The notes under the pieces: model-generated
The model's database searches: none
What the model was told of the DNA's origin: nothing
The model's input: the letters and a program-made list of their open reading frames with translations, nothing else
In this document: positions 55,805 through 64,000 of the stretch, one piece after another
How positions within the stretch are numbered: the first letter of the stretch is position 1
Layout of the letters: each line of letters begins with the position of its first letter
Made by a program: the position numbers and the translations under genes
Assembly (NCBI GenBank): GCA_028023455.1
Contig: JAQFVV010000004.1
Coordinates: 19,034,001-19,098,000 of the forward strand
DNA length: 64,000 nucleotides
Direction of reading: 5' to 3'
Source: Epiperipatus broadwayi
Lineage: Eukaryota > Animalia > Onychophora

Positions 55805-55901
55805 TTTTTATTTTTTTTTCATGTGTCATAGCATCGGCCGGGAAGCGAACACGGGACAATGGCTTGTAAAGTGGCTGTGCTGACCACTAGACCAACAATG
55901 C
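55805..55901 (-). mobile_element. tRNA-derived SINE copy with 71-nt tRNA-length head
   Basis: Minus strand GCATTGTTGGTCTAGTGGTCAGCACAGCCACTTTACAAGCCATTGTCCCGTGTTCGCTTCCCGGCCGATGC, then tatgacac and an A tail. Anticodon stem broken. Confidence 0.8.
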
Positions 55902-56152
55902 TTGACTTTTTTTTGACATTATTGATATCTGAAATTAACTTATTTCCATGTTACAAAGACAGTTTTGCAATTATCTAATTTGTTTTTTCTAAAATAACAT
56001 TCTTGATGATTTGATATTTTAAAAAATTCTAGAGTTTTAGATTTTCTATATTTTTTAGTAATATCTTCAAAAAATTGACTGCTGAATACATTTTGTTTTT
56101 GAATTTTATTTTGTTTTTTAATTTTTTATAAACTTTATAACTTATTATTTGT

Positions 56153-56668
56153 TATAATATTGAAACAGCATTAAACTGTTGCACATGTGCTTTGGAGTTT
56201 TTAAAAATATAAAATGAATGAATACTAACACTTCAACCACATGAGAAAGTCTTTGGAAAAGATAGAATGGCCATCTATCTTTTCGAACCCAAATGCTTTT
56301 GTATGGGCGAATCTTAAGTGTTTGAAAGTGAAAGCGTGAAGATATTAAATAATCACTTTAAATTACTTTTACATGCTTGAATGAATGACGCTGGTGAAAT
56401 TTATTAGAATTTACGATACATCATTTTTATTTGAAATTAAATGTATGTAAAAGTAATTTAAAGTGATTATTTAATATCTTCACGCTTTCACTTTCAAACA
56501 TTTAAGATTCGCCCATACAAAAGCGTTTGGGTTCGAAAAGATAGATGGCCATTCTATCTTTTCCAAAGACTTTATCATGTGGTTGAAGTTTTAGTATTCA
56601 TTCATTTTATATTTTAAAAAAAAATTCAAAGCGCATGTGCAACAGTTTAATGCTGTTTAAATATTATA
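56153..56668. repeat. Young fold-back element: about 222-bp near-identical inverted arms, 70-bp spacer
   Basis: 56153-56374 is the reverse complement of 56445-56668 with few mismatches. Each arm holds a nested hairpin (56256-56284). Confidence 0.92.
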
Positions 56669-57657
56669 GTTTATAAAAAACATCAAAATAATTGACTTAT
56701 TTACAAACTTATTATTTGATACATTTTGTATTCAAAGTTTCTTCCCCACCCCTACAAATTTATTTTCTCCAGAATCAATCTGGAAGTGAGATCAGTTATA
56801 TTTTTTTTTGACTTTGGAAATAAACTTCATAGACTTTTGCAACATTTATTGTTCTTCGAAACTTTGACAATATTTTACCAGTCAGAATGATTAAAATGTC
56901 AATTTTTTTAGTTTATATTAAACAATGTAATAAAATGTCTGTTATTTATACGAGCTGATTGATATATATCTTTCATCTGAATAATTACAATTAAAAAAAT
57001 TTAAAACAACACGTGATTCTTTTGTATATCATATAATTTTTCAAACTATAAATGAGTGCAATATTAATGTGGCAGAGTGATTTTTTATTTCAACACTAAT
57101 AACAAATTTTGCTGCTTTTGTATATTCTTTAATTGATCGTCATCATTTTCATTGAGATGTTTCTATTTTTAGACACTCATTCATATAATTCATATGTTTT
57201 TAATAATTTGTGTCTATACAAATACTGTTTTATTTTTACTAATTGTTTCTATTTTCTATATTTTTAAAATTTTTAATGTTTTTTTTTTGTGATGATACTT
57301 TTAATATAAGTTTTTTTTTTTTTACGTATTTTTTCATAGCATTAATGGCATTGTTGTCTATATTACAAATCATAAGCATAATAATTATGACTAGGAATAT
57401 ATTTTGATGAAATAAACTTATAAATGAAATATAAAATAAAATATTGACAACTTTAAGCTTAATTTCCACATTTTACTTTCAGCTATGTCTATGTATAAAT
57501 AGTCAAAATAAGAGTCATTGATCACATGACCCTATTCTCTTAAGCTTGTAAGTTATAAACAATGAGGATTGCCAATTCCTCAACAAGCATTGTGCTAAAT
57601 GCTTAGCTAGAGAAAGCATTTAAAATATCTCTGTCAGAAAGACCCCCCCCCCACAAA

Positions 57658-57698
57658 CCTCTGACCATGGTTTCATGCTTTGGCACTCCTCAGAGAGG
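57658..57698 (-). ncRNA. Minimal type I hammerhead ribozyme (family B), fully intact
   Basis: CCUCU-CUGAGGA-GUGC-caaa-GCAU-GAAAC-caug-GUC-AGAGG. All three stems pair; palindromic ACCAUGGU; GUC triplet. Flanks (about 57560-57725) are homologous to the 33.2-kb unit. Confidence 0.9.
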
Positions 57699-59185
57699 TG
57701 CTAGGATGTTCAGACACTAGATGTCTATATATATTTAATTCTTTTCATATCATAGATTATACAGTTGTTTTCATTCACTTAAGATCTTTTTGATATATAC
57801 TAATTTGAGATTATTGTTATTTTTTGAAATACTATGAAAGTTATGTTTTTTATAATTCTAGTCTTTGTCAGAATTTTTCATCCCAGTTTTTAAGTTTACA
57901 CTTTTCTTTTTTAATTTTTATATCCTTATCCCCCCCCCCCCATTCAATTCATTCTAATACATTTTTAAATGTCTTTGCCTCTAAAGCATAAAATAGCAAA
58001 TAAGTGTCTCCCTCCTTAAGCCATTATACTTTTAATAAACTGCTGAAAATAACCAATCAATAAAGTGATATTAGTGGCATCTGAAGTGGAAAATGTTTAT
58101 TTGGATTGATATTGCATTCAAAAAGTATAAAAGCAATTTACTAAATTGTGTGATACTTGACAAGTGCAGTGGATTTCAAAATAATATACAGCCATTTTTA
58201 TTATATCAAAGTCATGAAAAAGTTTATAATAATTATGTTAAGGCTCAATTTGATGTATAATTTTTGTAATTAATATAACATTAAAAGTGTAATAACAAAA
58301 CTAATGAAATATAGTGACTAGCAATAACATAATAAAAACAGCAAACTCTTTACAAACTCTGATATTTTATTTATATGAGTAAAATATGAATATAAGAATT
58401 ATAAAAATTGTGAATTAATAATATAAATACAAATATTGAATAGTTAGTTATTCAGAAATAATGTTTAAACACTGAAAGAATTGGTTAAATTTTATTTCAA
58501 GAATCTTTAGCTCTTGAATCTATTATTTTACCACTGGGCTAAATCATATAGAAATCAATAATCATTATCTTCACCATTCAGTAATCATCTGGAAAGACAA
58601 TTTTTTAATATAAAGATAGTCAAATTGTTCTGTTAAAAATTTATGTACAATATTTTTTAATGTTCAAGAATCATAAAGTACAATATATATATATTGTAGC
58701 CTTTCTATTTGTTACATTATTGTATGGATATTGTTAAAGGTCAATTTTAGTAAAAAAAAAAAAAAATTATGTAATAGCTGATAATAAAAAAACTATTATT
58801 TAATATATAGAAGAAATTAAATTAATTATTTATTAAATGTTAAATTTGAGTTAACTTTTTTTTAGAAAGTTATAATCTATATGTTATAATTTTGAGTTAT
58901 AAATTCTATTTATTTTTAAAATAAAAAAGTAAATAATAGTTAAAATAATGTAAAGTATCTTTAATCAGTAATTAATTGTGACAATTAAAATTAATATTTC
59001 TTATAGTTATTAATAAAATTTATTACTTATTTGTTATTTTAAACTTATTTAAATAGATAAAATAAATGGGATATATATGTTGATAGATGTATGCACACAT
59101 TGATTTAATAATAAAGAAATTTACTTCCTGTTAAAATAGTCAATTTGTTTATTATATAAATATAAATGTTACTAAATGTTGTCTT

Positions 59186-59290
59186 GCATTGGTGGTCGAG
59201 AGGTCAGCGCGACTGCCTTTGCGGGCAGTTGCCCGGGTTGCGGGTTCGCGTCCCGGCTGGTGCTATGACACTTAAAAAAAAATAATAATA
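59186..59290 (+). mobile_element. tRNA-derived SINE copy
   Basis: GCATTGGTGGTCGAGAGGTCAGCGCGACTGCC-TTTGCG-GGCAGTTGCCCGGGTTGCGGGTTCGCGTCCCGGCTGGTGC, then tatgacac and an A tail. Confidence 0.85.
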
Positions 59291-60099
59291 ATATAAGTGT
59301 CATAAAATTTCATAAAATCAATAACTAGACTAATAGTGTAAATTATAAAACTTAGGTGCTAAAATTTGATTTTAAATAAAGATTATTTTCTTATTAAAAT
59401 ATAATTTAAATTTTGCATTGTTGAAATTGATAAATATTGATTTAATAATATTAATTTTAATTCATTTAAAAAATTGAAGACAATAATTAATATTCATTTT
59501 AATTAAACATCTGAAGATAATTAACCAATCAGATATTGTCAAATTTTACCTATAAATAGGGATAAGCAGATAATAATAAAAAAATCCAGAAATCATTGGC
59601 AGAGGAAATTGTATTTTCTTTTTCTAAAATTTAAATGTAAATTCATTAAACTTTTATTATTTTTTAGTACTAAAAGTTAAATAATAATTCTAAATGCATG
59701 GAAGCTAATTTTAAGAAGGTTGTTAATAAATTTACTCATGAAATGAAAAGTAAACTATCCTTATTGGTGCTTTGCATAGGCTGACTACAAACTTGTGATA
59801 ACTTTTATTCATTTGTGGATAAAATGTACTTCAACAAAAAAAAACTATACTATTTAAACATTTTTGCTGCTTAAAATGAAAGGAATATGTAAGAAAATTA
59901 TTTCTTAATAATTTTTATATGCCATATAATAGGAAACATTTTCTGTTAAATCTTATTTTTATTAGTGATAAAGGTAATTACTTATATTTGTTAAGACTAT
60001 TAATATTTAAAAATATGAATTTATTTATGACATTTTTAAGATGATAATTGAATAAGAGAAGAAGAAAATGATACAGATTAAGTCTTATTGAAAATTAAA

Positions 60100-61150
60100 T
60101 CATTACTGTCTTTAATATAATTTAAATATTTATAATTTATCAACTATTTTAAATATTCATTATTCAAATGAGTAATATTAGAATTTCTAATTCTACAACT
60201 ACATGTTTTGGAAATGTAAAGAAAGAAATGAAATTTTTTAAAAAATAGTAAATTATATTTAATAAATTGGGAAGTAATCTTATAAATGTCATAGAAGGAA
60301 AGGATGAACTTATGCTAAAAAAATTATTATTGTTGATAAATAATTCTAATATGGATCTTTATTTATATTTTCAAATTATGATATAAATAATGGCGAAAAG
60401 CATGGAAGAGAAAAAGAGGTAAGAAATTTCTCTTCTTCAAGCAACAGTTGGCCACTGATATTGTCATGGAAACCATACTCCCCAACTAAGTGTTGTGATT
60501 TTTTTATTTATTTCAAGGAGTTGAAAAAAACTTTGTATTATTTTTTTGAATTGACTATAATATTAATATAGTATTGAATTTTTAAAATTATTTATATGTC
60601 ATGTTAGATTTAAATAATTAATTTTTTTGTGTAAAATTTTTTTTATTGATTATAATTCTATAATGTGGAAGAAGTGATATTTACAAGAAAGTAAGTGGTG
60701 ATAATCATAAACTATTAAGATTAAGATAATACTTTAATAAAATATTGGTATATAATTTTAAGCACAGAATCAGGTAAATAGGATATGTGATATTTATAAA
60801 GAGTTGAATTCATTTATTATAATATTAATATGCTTGTATAATGGTGCATATGATTGACCTCTTTATAAATTAAAGATAAAATATTTATGAAAAATTCTAT
60901 AATAAAACCATTGTTTGGTTTTAGTCTTCTTGGTATGTTAAAAATATTATAATGGGTTAACGATAAGTTTAGATGCTATGAGAGAAGTAATGTATTATAT
61001 TTTATGTGAAGTAAGTATCTCATAAGGAGTGTCAGAATTTTAAGTAGTGGTATGGGAAAGTATATCTATTAGAAATCCTGTAGTGTTGTGAATGTGCTTA
61101 TTCAGGTCAAATATGACATAGTATGAAATAAGTTGGAATATTTATAATAT
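60100..61150 (+). pseudogene. Possible old L1-like endonuclease remnant
   Basis: Weak matches: CHGNHTPQL (like MGDFN..L) and GDNHKLLRL (like SDH..V.L). Decayed sequence probably continues beyond the hammerhead insertions. Confidence 0.25.
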
Positions 61151-61204
61151 AATGGAATAACTAAAACACAGGCTTATTATATACCTGTGTCTATATATGT
61201 AATA

Positions 61205-61560
61205 TAGGATATATGAGCTCAGACTTTCACATGACCCACCACTCTCCACTCTATCTAATAACACTGATACACTCAAGCACATATATGCTGAAAAGATAAA
61301 TAATCACCAATATACGTATTTCATGCTAAACCAGCAATCATCAGTTGGTCCAGATTATCATCTCCCACACATATATACTATAAGTGCTCAGATATATATT
61401 AAGATAGACAATCTTCATACTTTAATAGACAGGCTCCAATCTACTACACACTCCAACTCTTCAACCGTCCATCCAATTGAAAATCTGATGATGGAATGCT
61501 CGAAGGCTACCCTGAGGCCGAGATTATTGTCACACCCATGTTGACCTAAAGTCTGTAAGA
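61205..61560 (-). mobile_element. Family C hammerhead element copy
   Basis: Homologous to 62296-62587; contains the HHR at 61306-61349. Confidence 0.8.
61306..61349 (-). ncRNA. Minimal type I hammerhead ribozyme (family C), intact
   Basis: ACCAA-CUGAUGA-UUGCU-gguuu-AGCAU-GAAAU-acgu-AUA-UUGGU; palindromic AUACGUAU. Confidence 0.85.
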
Positions 61561-62292
61561 GCTTGAAATAGTAGCCATAAAATAGTAGCCATGATAGAAA
61601 ATTAAGGTAAGTACAATATATGTGACCTTAAGTTACATTTAATCCATGATAGCATTCTTGTAATTTTATAAGGTATTCATCCCACACTTTTTATCATGAA
61701 AAGTCACACTGGTATAAACATCATATTAATGAATTAAAGATAGCTTTCAAATGGTGAGAAGATAGATTAATTTATTGCAAGAATGATAGAATATGAAACA
61801 AATAGAACATTAAAGAATGTATGAAGAGATATTTTCTGAATGTTTTATTTGATATTTGAGATCCAATTACAAAATGAAGAGAATAAGGTATAAGTGAAAT
61901 AATATTGAAAAAATACCTGATATTTATTCTTATTATTGTATGCAATATAATAAAATGCCATATCTTAATGAATGTCTAAAATAATCAAGCATTTATTTTA
62001 TAATGAAATAAAAAAATATAAAAAAATAGATATATTATAGAATTGTAAATAGACAACAATATTGTATAAAAGTTAACAGTGAAGGAGTGACAAAGTAAAT
62101 GAATATATTTGTGAAATAATAATGGGGTAAAATATTGTAAAATACTAGATCCTATCTGTAAATTACTTCAGATTGAAGTAGGAATTATTTTAGTTTGTAA
62201 TAATTACTTAGTTAATTTTATTTTGTAATGTTTTATTATAGTATTTTAAATATTATTCATTAGAGCTAAGATATTTGTAAATTATTATAAAT

Positions 62293-62915
62293 ATAGGGGA
62301 TTTGAACTCAGACTTTCAAGCACCCACCAACTATCCACACTATCTCATACAACTGATACACATGACCACACACATATAGAAAAGATAAATAATCACCAAT
62401 ATATGTATTTCATGCTAACCAACAATCATCAGTTGGTCCAGATTATCATCTCCCATATATATATATATATATAATCAGTGCTCAGTTTATATTAAGATAG
62501 CAAATCTTCACACTTTAATGGACAAGCTTCAATCCACTCCAACATTTCAGCCATCCATATCATTGAAAATCTGATGATGGAAAGCCATCATCAGCATGGT
62601 ATTTGGCTTTCCATCATCAGATTTTCAATGATATGGATGGCTGAAATGTTGGAGTGGATTGAAGCCTGTCCATTAAAGTGTGAAGATTTGCTATCTTAAT
62701 ATAAACTGAGCATAATCTTAATATAGACTGAGCACTGATTATATATATGTGTGGGAGATAATAATCTGGACCAGCTGATGATTGCTGGTTTAGCATGAAA
62801 TACATATATTGGTGATTATTTATCTTTTCTACATGTGTGTGGTCATGTGTATCAGTTGTATGAGATAGTGTGGATAGTTGGTGGATGCTTGAAAGTCTGA
62901 GTTTAAATCCCCTAT
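62293..62915. mobile_element. Palindromic family C element with hammerheads at 62395-62437 (minus) and 62770-62813 (plus)
   Basis: Arms 62293-62587 and 62604-62915. The plus HHR reads accag-ctgatga-ttgct-ggttt-agcat-gaaat-acat-ata-ttggt. Both arms end at gagtt(c/t)aaatcccctat. Confidence 0.9.
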
Positions 62916-64000
62916 GTTTACAATTAAAGCTCCAGGTTTGTGAAGCCTGGTTTTTAAATATTTGTAAATTATTATTAAATTTGTATAATATTACATAACA
63001 AATATTAGTGTTTGTTTTAATTAATAAAGTATTGATAGTCTCATTTATTGTTCCCAAGTCATTGTTAATCATTCTTGTCACACATATATTATAGTGATTG
63101 AATATATTTGGAACTTGTGCACATACTTTGGGATAAGATAATAGATAAGAAAAATATGATGATTATTCAAGACATTTGATATTGCATTTAAAACTATTAA
63201 TTTAAATTTTTTTTATATCATTCTCAATGATTATAGTAAAGAGTTGAGTAATTAACATCTCATATAAGAATGGAAATAATTTAATCATAATCCAATGTGA
63301 TAATAAATTATTTTGAAATTAATTATGACAGTTAATAGTGTTATAAGTGTTGGTTAATAATATTTAATTTTTTTTAAATAGCCAATTCATAAGAAAAGTT
63401 TGTTAATTAGTTTAAAGCTGAGGAAGTGATTATTATATTTGTTTCTTAATTATTTTAATTGTAGCAGGATGTGAGTAAAATCCCTCTCTACATTTAGTTA
63501 TGTGGATTAACTTAACCATTTAAGAAACAATATTTACCTGAGATATTTATCTATTTAAGAAATGTTAGTAAAGGGGAGTGGCATAAAAAGAATTTCAATA
63601 AGTAGATGAGTATTATATTACTAAATTTAATAAGAAATTTTAATATTCAGTATAATTTACTTATTTTGTTGTTAGTCATTGGAGTATCATTGATATTTTA
63701 AGGAAGTTAAAGTTGTATGATATTTCTATGCTATTGATAATATGCTCTTGATATATGCTCAATGTTAAAACGATTACCTTACTGGATGATTGAATAATAA
63801 GTCTGATGATTATTGGTATTATTAAAATTCTTATATAAAAGAAGGAAATCTGATAAGACTGAGCTACATGTTTTTTTTTATATCTACCATTAATAATGAT
63901 TGGTCATCATCTGGTTAGGTTACAATATATATTATATTTAATGTTTTCATGGTTCCATGATATAAATAAAGTATTTTTTGAATTAAATTGGGTACTATTT

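Noticed and set aside
55831-55901. Functional tRNA-Val(UAC) gene
   Set aside because: The anticodon stem is broken and there is no oligo-T terminator. The shared trailer and A-tail indicate a retroposed SINE copy.
62617-63081. 154-aa ORF, the longest non-microsatellite ORF
   Set aside because: Runs antisense through the non-coding family C arm into AT-rich flank. The frame is not preserved in the 62.3-kb arm and shows no recognisable domain.

Overview
Very AT-rich (roughly a quarter G+C by eye) eukaryotic, invertebrate-like genomic DNA. I can support no intact host protein-coding gene. Most track ORFs are microsatellite or low-complexity artefacts, or fragments of dead retroelements: Penelope-like element (PLE) RT and GIY-YIG remnants, RTE and other non-LTR remnants, tRNA-derived SINEs, MITE/fold-back elements and microsatellites. 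The standout signal is RNA-level. I read about 24 minimal type I hammerhead ribozyme (HHR) motifs (stem I - CUGANGA - stem II - GAAA - short stem III - NUH - stem I) in about seven sequence groups, 12-13 of them with an unmutated core. Several sit in tandem units of about 400 nt or 88 nt, as expected of non-LTR retrozymes that yield self-cleaved circular RNAs. Most lie in inverted duplications that all share one polarity (left arm minus, right arm plus). Four groups have different but self-complementary stem III sequences, pointing to dimeric cleavage. All structures were read by eye; no folding, covariance search or database search was run.
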